Below are positions 37,251 to 46,072 of a stretch of DNA of 64,000 nt, in pieces; position 1 is the stretch's first letter, and each line of letters opens with the position of its first letter. A program made the position numbers and the translations under genes. The stretch covers positions 154,957 to 218,956 of the forward strand of contig JBBIML010000008.1 of the NCBI GenBank assembly GCA_037444405.1, written 5' to 3'. The DNA is from Armatimonadota bacterium. GTDB lineage: Bacteria; Armatimonadota; Fimbriimonadia; Fimbriimonadales; GBS-DC. The notes under the pieces are model-generated. The model did not search any database. It worked only from the letters and a program-made list of their open reading frames with translations, and was not told the DNA's origin.

Positions 37251-38914
37251 CGGGCGTACACGCGCACGGCAGGACAGATATAGAGCAGGTCGTGAGGCAG
37301 GTCGTCCGCGCGGGCAAGCGGGCGCGGGTCGTTCCGAAACTCGCGAATAAGCCGATAGTGCGCCTTTAGCGTCGCCATAAACGCCCGATAGTCTGCCCGC
37401 CCGATACGGCGCACATCGCGCTCCTCAAAATCGCTGATGACCACATAGTCGGGCAGGGCGCGCTGGAGGGCGTCGGCGTCCCACTCTGGCGGCGCAAGCG
37501 CCATCAGCCGATACCGCCCCTCAAAGGCGTGCATGCGCGCCAGCCGCTCCTGCCACATCAGCTCGCCCGTGTCGGGATAGAACGGCGGCGTGTAGAACCA
37601 CGGCACCGTCGGGAAGCCGATACTGCTGTTCGCGGGCGCATGGCTGTCGAACCATCTCACGGTCTGCTCTCGCGCGTCGGGGCGCAGCATGCAGGCGGTG
37701 AGCGCGGTTGTCCACGCCAGCTGCCACGCCAGCGCCAGCCCCGCAAGGGCGAAAACGAGCCATTTTTGCCTCGCGCCGACCGTCAGCCAGCCCAGCCCCA
37801 TCGCCAGCACGGGATAGAGCGGAAAGGTGTAGCGCAGAAAACGCACCTCTGCGCTCCCGATCAGCAAAAAGTAGGCGAGCGCGGCGATCAGCCCACCTGC
37901 CATCGCCCGACAGCGCACGCCCGCCATCGCCCAGCCCAGTATGCTCAACAGCAACGGCAACGCCCCGAAGCCGACCGTCAGGTTCGGACGGATGTGGAAC
38001 AGCCAGCCCAGCCCTGTCTGCGTGAAAATCTCGCCATGCCCGCGCTGAACATGCAGCAGTTCATAGCGGAAGTCGCGCCAGAACGCCTGCGGCTCCGCCC
38101 ACGCGCCGGGGCAGACCAGCAGGAAGGCGCCGAGCGCGACGCCCGCCGCACCCAATGCGCCACTCAGCACGCGCGCGAGCGCCCACCGCTCCGCGCGCGT
38201 CTTCAGCCCCAGATTGACCAGCGGCGCGAGCAGCACCAGCCCCGCGTTGTATTTGCAGCCTGCGGCGCAGCCCGACCAGAATGCGCCCCACAGCAGCGCC
38301 CGCATCACCTGCGGGGGTTGATCCGCCTCCATCAGGCGTACCGACGCCTGCAGCGCCAGCGCCATGAAGAAAGTCGTCGGCACATCGACGGTCTGGAAAC
38401 GCGCATGGACGACAAAGGCAGGCGCGAGCGCGAGCGCCAGCCCCGCAACCCAGCCCGCACGCTCGCCTGCAACCTGCGCAAGTGTGCGGGCGACCACCAG
38501 CGCAGTGCCCGCGCCCATCGCTGCGACCAGCAGCCGCGCCCAGAAGTGCGCCTCCGCCCGCCAGCGCATCAGCTCAACCGCCGACGGCTCCGCCGATAGC
38601 GACGGCAGCACGCCCAGCGCGGTCAGCCAGTGCAGCCAGATGCTCCACAGATAGAGCGGCAGCGAGCCGTAGTTGTAAAAATGGGGCAGCCAGTCGCCCG
38701 TGTAAGGGTTCAGATTGCCGTAGCTGACCGCCAGCACCAGCCACTCATCAGGGTGATATGAAAAGTGATGTTGCTCGTTTGGCAACCCCCAGCGGATGGC
38801 GATCAGTCGCACACCGAGCGCCGCCAGAAACAGCAGCCCGCCAGTGAGCCACACCTGCCACCGTCGCTGTTGTCCATCCCGCCGTTGCGCCCGCTCGCTC
38901 GCCTTCCGCGCCAT
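37247..38914 (-). CDS. GT-C glycosyltransferase (ArnT/PMT-like)
   Basis: WGLP...HPDE, YGSL, TVDVP, KYNA and RYTFP motifs with many TM segments. Start may be 38941. Confidence 0.85.
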   Translation of the reverse strand: MARKASERAQRRDGQQRRWQVWLTGGLLFLAALGVRLIAIRWGLPNEQHHFSYHPDEWLVLAVSYGNLNPYTGDWLPHFYNYGSLPLYLWSIWLHWLTALGVLPSLSAEPSAVELMRWRAEAHFWARLLVAAMGAGTALVVARTLAQVAGERAGWVAGLALALAPAFVVHARFQTVDVPTTFFMALALQASVRLMEADQPPQVMRALLWGAFWSGCAAGCKYNAGLVLLAPLVNLGLKTRAERWALARVLSGALGAAGVALGAFLLVCPGAWAEPQAFWRDFRYELLHVQRGHGEIFTQTGLGWLFHIRPNLTVGFGALPLLLSILGWAMAGVRCRAMAGGLIAALAYFLLIGSAEVRFLRYTFPLYPVLAMGLGWLTVGARQKWLVFALAGLALAWQLAWTTALTACMLRPDAREQTVRWFDSHAPANSSIGFPTVPWFYTPPFYPDTGELMWQERLARMHAFEGRYRLMALAPPEWDADALQRALPDYVVISDFEERDVRRIGRADYRAFMATLKAHYRLIREFRNDPRPLARADDLPHDLLYICPAVRVYAR

Positions 38915-38968
38915 CCGATAATTCAGAAGCATACCCCGCATGGCGGTATAATCTCACTGGTGAGGACG

Positions 38969-39571
38969 ATGAGCGTTTCGGTGAAGGCACGCCGAATACC
39001 GATGAGCCGCGAGCAGTTCCTGCAACTGCCCGAAGGTCCGCCCTTCTACGACTATGTGAACGGGGAGGCTATCGAGGTGAATCGCCCCAGCATAAGGCAT
39101 CAGGAGATTTTGCTGGCGCTCGGCGCCCAGCTGCACCAGCATGTGCAGACACACAATCTCGGCAAAGTGGTGATTGAGGTCAATCTGGAGCTTCCTAACG
39201 GCAATATTTACACGCCCGATATTCTGTTCTACGCCCCACAGACAGCGAGCCAGATCGACCTGCGTCGGGGCTATGTGCGGGGTGTGCCCGATTTGATTGT
39301 GGAGATACTATCGCCTTCCACCGCCGATTATGACCGCACGCAGAAGATGGGCGATTATGCGGCGTGCGGGGTGCCGTGGGTATGGCTGGTGGATCAGGAG
39401 ACGCTGCTGCTGGAAGAGTATCAGTGGACGCCCGAAGGCTACCTGCGACGGCAGGCGGTGGACGCTCAAACCCCCTTCACGCCCCACCTCTTCCCTGAAC
39501 TCACCCTGCTGATGGCGCAACTGGCTCCACCATCGGACGCGGGGAGTTCTGAAGCCACAGAGCAGGTATAA
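38969..39571 (+). CDS. Uma2-family (PD-(D/E)xK) putative endonuclease
   Basis: P..RHQ, YTPDILF, PDLIVEILSPST..YDR..K..Y...GVP.VWLVD motifs. Confidence 0.92.
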   Translation: MSVSVKARRIPMSREQFLQLPEGPPFYDYVNGEAIEVNRPSIRHQEILLALGAQLHQHVQTHNLGKVVIEVNLELPNGNIYTPDILFYAPQTASQIDLRRGYVRGVPDLIVEILSPSTADYDRTQKMGDYAACGVPWVWLVDQETLLLEEYQWTPEGYLRRQAVDAQTPFTPHLFPELTLLMAQLAPPSDAGSSEATEQV

Positions 39572-40443
39572 TGCGCTCGATGCAGCCTTACTTTGCCTTG
39601 AGTGAGCCAGAATGTCGGCTCTATAACGCCGATGTGCTGACGGTCGAGATCGAGCCCGAATCGGTCGATCTCATCGTCACATCACCGCCGTACAATGTGG
39701 AGGTGGTGTACGGCGCCCATCGGGACGATTTGAGCTATGAAGAGTATCTGGAGTTCTCTGAAGCGTGGCTGAAGCGCTGCTATGAGTGGCTCAAGCCCGA
39801 TGGTCGCTTCTGCCTCAATATCCCGCTTGATAAAAACAAAGGGGGTCAGCAGAGCGTCGGCGCCGATTTGACAACGCTGGCAAAACGATTGGGCTTTCAC
39901 TACCATGCGACCATCGTCTGGAACGAGGGCAACATCTCGCGCCGAACAGCGTGGGGCTCATGGCTGAGCGCATCAGCGCCCTATGTGATCGCCCCTGTGG
40001 AGCTGATCGTGGTGCTTTACAAGCACGAGTGGAAAAAAAGCTCCGGCTCGCGCATCTCCGACATCACGCAGGACGAATTTATCGAGTGGACGAATGGGCT
40101 GTGGACTTTCAACGGCGAGAGCCGGAAACGGGTGGGTCATCCAGCACCGTTCCCGCTGGAGCTGCCCCGACGCTGTATCAAACTGTTCAGCTATGTGGGC
40201 GACACGGTGCTGGATCCCTTCGCAGGGAGCGGTACAACCCTGCTGGCGGCGATTCAGAACCATCGCAAAGCAATTGGCGTGGAGATTGAGCCTGCCTATT
40301 GCGCCATCGCCCGCCAGCGCATCAAGGAGTATCTCCATTCCCGACAGCACGTTTTACAGATTGGCGAGGAGAGGGCACTCTATGAGCAGGTCACCCATGT
40401 CACCCAGGAAAACGATACGCGATCTGGTGATGGAGTACTTTAA
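39571..40443 (+). CDS. Site-specific DNA methyltransferase (N4-C/N6-A, beta class)
   Basis: Catalytic TSPPY precedes SAM-binding DPFAGSGTT; HPAPFP motif. Confidence 0.95.
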   Translation: MRSMQPYFALSEPECRLYNADVLTVEIEPESVDLIVTSPPYNVEVVYGAHRDDLSYEEYLEFSEAWLKRCYEWLKPDGRFCLNIPLDKNKGGQQSVGADLTTLAKRLGFHYHATIVWNEGNISRRTAWGSWLSASAPYVIAPVELIVVLYKHEWKKSSGSRISDITQDEFIEWTNGLWTFNGESRKRVGHPAPFPLELPRRCIKLFSYVGDTVLDPFAGSGTTLLAAIQNHRKAIGVEIEPAYCAIARQRIKEYLHSRQHVLQIGEERALYEQVTHVTQENDTRSGDGVL

Positions 40444-40984
40444 GCAGCATCCTAACAAGGACCTTGCGCATGGTCCAGTTGTCGATTGGGTAACGGAGCA
40501 GTGGCGTCAGCAAGGCAATAAGACGCCCCCGCGCGATCCCTGGCGTATCATTCGCAGACTCCATCAGGAAGGCTGGCTCATCAAAGTAAGGAAGGGGGTT
40601 TATCGCTATGATCCCGAAGCTGCAGGTCAGATTGAGCTGGATGATTTCACTCCTGAACAAAGACAAATAATTTTGGAGAGAGATAACTACCGTTGCGTAA
40701 TCTGTGGACGAGGTAAAGCAGATGGCGTTGAGCTACATGTTGACCATATTAAACCTCGCCATCTCGGAGGTAAAAGCACAATAGAGAACGGACAGACCCT
40801 CTGTGCCGCTTGCAACTTCCGAAAAAAGATTTATAAGCAGACGGAGACAGGAAAGCGCATGTTTATTCGTTTATTAGAAATTGCTAAAAAAGAAGGAGAC
40901 TTAAAAACTGCAAATTTTTGTCGTGATGTTTTGAAAGTGTATGAAAAATATAAAATCAATGACCACATCCAATGGGAAGAGTGA
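40382..40984 (+). CDS. HNH endonuclease with N-terminal winged-helix-like region (putative restriction enzyme)
   Basis: RDNYRCVICG...LHVDHIKP...GGKS...NGQTLCAACN; overlaps the MTase; noticeably AT-richer than flanks. Confidence 0.9.
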   Translation: MSRSPMSPRKTIRDLVMEYFKQHPNKDLAHGPVVDWVTEQWRQQGNKTPPRDPWRIIRRLHQEGWLIKVRKGVYRYDPEAAGQIELDDFTPEQRQIILERDNYRCVICGRGKADGVELHVDHIKPRHLGGKSTIENGQTLCAACNFRKKIYKQTETGKRMFIRLLEIAKKEGDLKTANFCRDVLKVYEKYKINDHIQWEE

Positions 40985-41034
40985 TCGGGCTGCCCCTCAC
41001 ACTATTGGGCGGCTCCATAGAGTAAAATGGAGCT

Positions 41035-42204
41035 ATGCAGGCACAACGAGCAATTCTCATTGTAATGGATGGGTGTGGGGTGGGGGCGGCGCCTGATGCG
41101 GCGGAGTATGGCGACACGGGGGAGAATAGCCCCAACACGCTGGGGCATCTAATGGAAGCGGTCGGCGGGCTGAACCTGCCCTGCCTGCAGTCGCTGGGAC
41201 TGGGCAACATCATCCCCCTGAAAGGGGTGCCGCCCGCCGAAACGCCCTGCGCCTGCTTCGGCAGGGTGCAGCCCTGCTCTAAAGGCAAAGATTCGGTTAC
41301 AGGGCACTGGGAGATGATGGGCATTCTCACCGAGCAGCCGTTCCCCACCTATCCGAACGGCTTCCCGCCAGAGCTGATTGCCGAGTTTGAGCGGCGCATC
41401 GGGCGCAGCGTGCTGGGCAACTATCCCGCGTCAGGCACCGAAATCATTAAGCAGCTGGGCGAGGAGCATCTGCGCACGGGCTATCCCATCGTCTACACCA
41501 GCGCCGACAGTGTGTTCCAGATTGCGGCGCACGAGGCGGTTATCCCCGTCGAGGAGCTGTATCGCATGTGCGAGATTGCCCGCGAACTGCTTCAGCCGCC
41601 GCATCATGTGCAGCGGGTGATTGCTCGCCCTTTTGAAGGCACCGACGCCAGCAACTTCCGTCGCACGGAGCGACGGCGCGATTTCCCGCTGCCGCCACCG
41701 CCCAACCTGATCGATCGCCTTGCCGAGCGGGGTATCGGCATATATGGGATTGGCGTCGTGCCCGAAATCTTCACTTATCGCGGTTTTAGGCACGCCGAGC
41801 GCACGCAGAGCAATCCCCAGCATTTTGAGGCGCTGCTGAGGGCGATGGCGAGCGACTGTGCCTTCATCTTCGCCAACTTCGAGGATTTCGACATGCTCTA
41901 TGGACATCGCAACGACCCTGCGGGCTTCGCGCGGGCGTTAGCCGAGTTCGATATGATGCTCTCGACGATTCTGGAGCGGCTCCGACCCACCGACCTGCTG
42001 ATATTGACGGCGGATCACGGCAACGATCCCACCACGCCCAGCACGGATCATTCGCGCGAGTATCTGCCCCTGTTGCTCTACTCGCCTTCGATTCAGCGGG
42101 GCTATGCGGTGGGCACGCGCCGCTCGCTGGCGGATATTGGCGCGACGATTGGCGCGTTATGGGATGTGGCGGTGGAGGCGGGCGTGCCGATTCAGCTTGC
42201 CTGA
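41035..42204 (+). CDS. deoB: Phosphopentomutase
   Basis: DGCGVG, GKDSVTGHWE, YTSADSVFQ, YGHRND and TADHGNDP..TDHSRE motifs. Confidence 0.97.
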   Translation: MQAQRAILIVMDGCGVGAAPDAAEYGDTGENSPNTLGHLMEAVGGLNLPCLQSLGLGNIIPLKGVPPAETPCACFGRVQPCSKGKDSVTGHWEMMGILTEQPFPTYPNGFPPELIAEFERRIGRSVLGNYPASGTEIIKQLGEEHLRTGYPIVYTSADSVFQIAAHEAVIPVEELYRMCEIARELLQPPHHVQRVIARPFEGTDASNFRRTERRRDFPLPPPPNLIDRLAERGIGIYGIGVVPEIFTYRGFRHAERTQSNPQHFEALLRAMASDCAFIFANFEDFDMLYGHRNDPAGFARALAEFDMMLSTILERLRPTDLLILTADHGNDPTTPSTDHSREYLPLLLYSPSIQRGYAVGTRRSLADIGATIGALWDVAVEAGVPIQLA

Positions 42205-42821
42205 TCGGGCAATGTCGCCCGCTCCTGCTCGCTCAGGTGGAGCTGCACTTCGGCGTCCGCCAGCTGAATCACCGTGTGTTCATTGCTGTTGCGCAGCTCT
42301 TCGATAATCGCGTCGATCTTTTCGGGGGTGAGCCGTCGGCAGTAGATGTCGCCCACCTGCATCACGGGCGCGTCGCCACAGTTGTTGAGGCATTCCACTT
42401 CGGTCAGCGTGAACAGCCCATCGGGTGTGGTCTCGCCCAGCTGGATGCCGAGCTTCTGCTGCAGATATTCCAGGATTCGGTACGCGCCGCACAGCATGCA
42501 GCTCAGGTTGGTGCAGACCTCCAGCATATATTTGCCGACGGGCTGCTTGTTATACATCGTGTAGAAGGTGGCGACGCCTTCCACTTCGGCGCAGGAGCGC
42601 CCGAGCCGATAGGCGACTTCGGCAATCGCTTCGGGTGGCAGGTAGCCGCCGTACTCGCGCTGGGCAATCCAGAGGGCGGGCAACATCGCCGACTTGCGGT
42701 CGGGATAGTGCTGGAGGATCAGCTCCAGTTCACGAATGGCGCGTTCAGAGAATCGCAGGGTCAGCTCCTGCGGGCGTGGTGGGCGCAGTTGCGCCGAGAG
42801 CCGAATCGGTTGCTGTTCCAT
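42192..42821 (-). CDS. nuoE: NADH-quinone oxidoreductase subunit E-like [2Fe-2S] protein
   Basis: YPDRKSAMLPAL, VATFYTMY, CTNLSC and ECLNNC motifs. ATG at 42821 lies 7 nt after TACAAT. Confidence 0.9.
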   Translation of the reverse strand: MEQQPIRLSAQLRPPRPQELTLRFSERAIRELELILQHYPDRKSAMLPALWIAQREYGGYLPPEAIAEVAYRLGRSCAEVEGVATFYTMYNKQPVGKYMLEVCTNLSCMLCGAYRILEYLQQKLGIQLGETTPDGLFTLTEVECLNNCGDAPVMQVGDIYCRRLTPEKIDAIIEELRNSNEHTVIQLADAEVQLHLSEQERATLPDQAS

Positions 42822-42856
42822 CGCTGGGATTGTACCTGATAGGGCGGGCGTCGAAT

Positions 42857-43182
42857 AAAAAGAGCCCGAGCGAATCGGTCTGCCCTTTTCGGTTCCGCTT
42901 GGCTTGCTGCCGTCCTGCGGACTCGGTGCCCCGACCGACATTGCTGCCGATCCTGAGGCGCCGCCACTCCACGAGTGAGCAGCAGGCTTCGGGCGGTTCC
43001 TATCCGCCGTTCACGCGCGCCCAACACTGGGGCGCGGGCTGCGCGTGTTGCTCCCTGCGCGGTCTCTCCATCGCCTGCCCGTCGCCGGCGCAACAGGCAT
43101 CGATGGCTCCGAGCAAGGCTCCCGACGGCAGGGACACCTGCCTTCGCTCGGGCGACGGTCATCGAGTTTCCCCGATAACCGC
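42857..43182 (-). ncRNA. Unidentified large structured RNA (~325 nt)
   Basis: Consensus promoter immediately upstream; stacked hairpins with GAAA/GCAA tetraloops; G-U pairs only on this strand; 11-bp closing helix followed by a U-tract; no credible ORF. Confidence 0.7.
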
Positions 43183-43186
43183 TCCT

Positions 43187-43216
43187 ATTATACCACACCG
43201 ATGACGGCTTTGTCAA
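43187..43216 (-). promoter_or_regulatory. Consensus sigma70 promoter driving the structured RNA
   Basis: TTGACA(43216-43211)-N18-TATAAT(43192-43187) with extended TGG. Confidence 0.85.
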
Positions 43217-43334
43217 GGGGTCGAGGGGGAATCTGGGGTTTTTCGAGGGCGAATCGGGGGAAATTTCGGGCAAAATCGGGGGGTTCTGGCGCTCGAAGCC
43301 GTCGCGCGAGCGCGCATGGGGTACACTCTGGGGG

Positions 43335-43856
43335 ATGGCGGAGGCGAGTCAACCAGTACGGCGGGCAATCTACCCTGGTAGCTTCGACCCGCCAACGATG
43401 GGGCATCTGGATGTCATCACGCGGGCGGCGCGACTGTTCGACGAACTCATCGTCGCGGTCGCCATCAACAGCGACAAAAAGCCCCTCTTCAGCCTGCAGG
43501 AGCGGGTCGCCATGCTGGAGGAGTGCTGCAGGCATCTGCCGAATGTGCGCGTGATGCCGCTGGAGGGTCTGCTGGCACGCTTCGCCCAGCAGGCGGGCGC
43601 ATGCGCCATCGTGCGCGGGCTGCGAGCCGTGTCCGACTTCGAATACGAGTTCCAGATGGCGACCATGAACCGCCAGCTGGCGCCCGAAGTGGACACCTGC
43701 TTTCTCATGACGCATCAACAGTACGCCTTTCTGTCGTCGTCCATCGTGAAGGAGGTGGCGCGGCTCGGCGGCGATGTGAGCCAGCTGGTGCCCCCCAATG
43801 TGCTGACCCGCCTGCAACAAAAATTCGCCTCACCATCGGCAGGAGACGGTCTCTGA
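43335..43856 (+). CDS. coaD: Phosphopantetheine adenylyltransferase
   Basis: YPGSFDPPTMGH, RGLRAVSDFEYE and LSSSIVKE motifs. Confidence 0.97.
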   Translation: MAEASQPVRRAIYPGSFDPPTMGHLDVITRAARLFDELIVAVAINSDKKPLFSLQERVAMLEECCRHLPNVRVMPLEGLLARFAQQAGACAIVRGLRAVSDFEYEFQMATMNRQLAPEVDTCFLMTHQQYAFLSSSIVKEVARLGGDVSQLVPPNVLTRLQQKFASPSAGDGL

Positions 43857-43905
43857 ACCGCGAATCAGCAATCCAACCCTGGTGCAAGCGACGGAGGATC
43901 GGGCG

Positions 43906-44457
43906 ATGATTAACACGGATGTCATAACTATCAGGCGATGGCTGCGTGAGCTGGATCAGATGCTGGAGAACAGCCGCAGTTTCGGACCCATCGTGTTCGG
44001 CTTGAACAAAGGCGAATGCCTGAACCTGGTTCAGCAGATTCTGGCGAATCTGCCGTCGGATCTGGACAAGGCGGAGCGGGTGCTGCGCGAGTCGGATCGG
44101 CTGGTGGGCGGTGCGCAGGTGGAGGCGCGCATGACCCTCGAACAGGCGCGGGAGGAAGCCCAGCGGATTATCGAGCAGGCGCGGCAGCAGGCGGAGGCGA
44201 TTCTGGAACGCGCCCGCGCCGAGCAGGAGCGCATGCTGGCGCAGACCGAAGTCTACCAGCTGGCAGAGGCGCAGGCACGCGAAATCGTGGAGACCGCCCG
44301 CCAGAAGGCACAGCAGATTCGGCAGGGCGCCGACGAATACGCCTATGAGGTGCTGACCGAGCTGGAGGGCGCGCTCGCCAAAGTGATGAGCACCGTGCAG
44401 AACGGCAAGGCGCTCCTGGAAGACCATCTCAAGCAACGCGTGGGCGCACGCCGCTGA
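43906..44457 (+). CDS. Coiled-coil protein (DivIVA/ATPase-subunit-like) commonly found after coaD
   Basis: LPSDL..A..., AREEAQRII, GADEYA heptad-rich pattern; SD GGAGG. Confidence 0.8.
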   Translation: MINTDVITIRRWLRELDQMLENSRSFGPIVFGLNKGECLNLVQQILANLPSDLDKAERVLRESDRLVGGAQVEARMTLEQAREEAQRIIEQARQQAEAILERARAEQERMLAQTEVYQLAEAQAREIVETARQKAQQIRQGADEYAYEVLTELEGALAKVMSTVQNGKALLEDHLKQRVGARR

Positions 44458-44488
44458 CGGCACAGGGCAGGTATCGCCTGCCCTGCCG

Positions 44489-45181
44489 CTAAATCAGCCG
44501 CAGCCAGTCGCGCAGCAGGAACTCCACGCGCTCCAGAAACACTGCCAGGCGCGTCATCACCGTGTTGCCGAAAAACGCGCCGAAGCTCAACATCAGCAGC
44601 CATCGCCCGGCGCGCGCCGCGCCCCGCACCGGCTTCGAACGATGCTCAAACGAAAAGAGGAAATAGACCATCACGCACACCAGCGTCGCCACGAAGATGA
44701 GGTTATTCAGCGATATCGCCAGCGAGAAAGGCGCGGGCGAGTCGCTCACCAGCGGGGAGCCGTCCGCACGCGCCAGCAACGGACGCAACGAATCGGCAAA
44801 CTGCGGCATATTGAGCAACAGCTGCTGCTTGAACACCACGCCCGCGCTCGCGCCCAGCGTCAGCCCGATCACAATCCGCGCCAGCCAGAAGTAGCGACGG
44901 CTCAGCTGAAAGTACCAGAGCAGACCCAGCAGTCCCACCAGCAGCCATAACGCCTGCGCACTGCCCGGCGCGAACCCCTGCCCAATCGCCGCAAAGCCCG
45001 CCACCATCGGCTGCCACCACAACGGCGCCAGCACCTGCTTCCAGGTAATCACGAAATTGTAGCCCACGCCCAGCCCGATCATGAGATGCAGCAGCAGGCG
45101 ATAGAATCGATTCTCGCGCCACAGGTACGAATAGATGCCCAGCGTTACAATCGCCGCCAGCCAGACCCCGACCCGTTCCAT
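44489..45181 (-). CDS. Conserved multi-TM membrane protein (DUF6754-module component)
   Basis: TLGIYSYLWREN.FY...GRWLLMLSFGAFFGNTVMTR; about 6 TM segments. Start 45181 or 45187. Confidence 0.82.
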   Translation of the reverse strand: MERVGVWLAAIVTLGIYSYLWRENRFYRLLLHLMIGLGVGYNFVITWKQVLAPLWWQPMVAGFAAIGQGFAPGSAQALWLLVGLLGLLWYFQLSRRYFWLARIVIGLTLGASAGVVFKQQLLLNMPQFADSLRPLLARADGSPLVSDSPAPFSLAISLNNLIFVATLVCVMVYFLFSFEHRSKPVRGAARAGRWLLMLSFGAFFGNTVMTRLAVFLERVEFLLRDWLRLI

Positions 45182-45201
45182 CTCCACAGGCAGCACCTCC
45201 T

Positions 45202-46068
45202 CTAACGCGCGCGCCCGCGCGCACCCCAATAGCCCAGATTGCCAATCAGGATCGCCAGAATCACCATCAGATGCCCGAACGATTGGGGCACAATCAGGCG
45301 CGTGGCGCGACTGGTGCGCTCGCGCGGGTTCGGATGCAACAGCGCGTCGTATTCCGCTGCGCCCCGCACGCCCACCAGCATCCCCGTTAGCTGACCCGAT
45401 AGCAGATAGCGGTAATAAGTGGTGGACTGAATGCCCGCGCAGCCGAAGGCAATCGGTGTGCCGTAGACCTCATGCACGAACGAAATCCAGTCCTCCATCG
45501 GCGAGTAGGTCACCGAGTAGATGAGGTAGATGTCGTTGATGTTGCGCACGCGCTGCATCAAGGGCAGGTGCCGCGCGTCGTCCAGCGAGTAGCCGCGTGT
45601 GTCCTGCCGGTATTGCAGGCGAATATCTTTTGCGATTTGCTGCATCGCGCGCCAGCCGCCCCGCGTGTAGCCCAGATTGACCCAATCGACGCCGTAGCGT
45701 CGGTCAGGGAACTTCTCGCGCACGAGGCGCTCAATCACCCGATCGGCGAACTGGGGTCCAAGCGGCGTGATCTCCACCGAGATGACCACGAACTTGATGC
45801 GCCGGCGCAACAGATGCTCGAACACGACCTCCGCCTGCCCTTCGTTCTCGCCCATACTGCCCGCATCCCACGCGCTATCCACCAGCACCACCTTATCAGG
45901 TGGGCAACGCTCGATAAACTCATACAGGCGACGGGTTTCAGGCGTAACATAGATGGGCAGGCGCATTGGGATGAGCAACGGCAGGCAGGCAGCGAGCCAT
46001 AGACCCAGATAGAGCCAGCGCCGATCGATGTCCTGTAGACCTGCCAGACTTCTCATGAGGCGCTGCAT
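45202..46068 (-). CDS. Conserved membrane-anchored alpha/beta protein (DUF6754-module component)
   Basis: DRRWLY TM segment, YGVDWVNLGY, SGQLTGMLVG.RGAAEY, C-terminal TM segment; SD GGAGG before ATG 46068. Confidence 0.82.
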   Translation of the reverse strand: MQRLMRSLAGLQDIDRRWLYLGLWLAACLPLLIPMRLPIYVTPETRRLYEFIERCPPDKVVLVDSAWDAGSMGENEGQAEVVFEHLLRRRIKFVVISVEITPLGPQFADRVIERLVREKFPDRRYGVDWVNLGYTRGGWRAMQQIAKDIRLQYRQDTRGYSLDDARHLPLMQRVRNINDIYLIYSVTYSPMEDWISFVHEVYGTPIAFGCAGIQSTTYYRYLLSGQLTGMLVGVRGAAEYDALLHPNPRERTSRATRLIVPQSFGHLMVILAILIGNLGYWGARGRAR

Positions 46069-46072
46069 CGAT

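Noticed and set aside
42822..42941. N-terminal extension of nuoE and the short ORFs across 42745-43273
   Set aside because: They overlap the structured RNA and have no protein-like features; ATG 42821 follows a -10 box.
42857..43182. RNase P RNA, tmRNA or SRP RNA as the identity of the structured RNA
   Set aside because: No GAGGAAAGUCC or ACAGAA..CGGCUUA (RNase P) and no tRNA-like ends (tmRNA). GAGUCCGCAGGACGGCAGC only loosely resembles SRP helix 8 and lacks the CAGG/GNRA/AGCA pattern.
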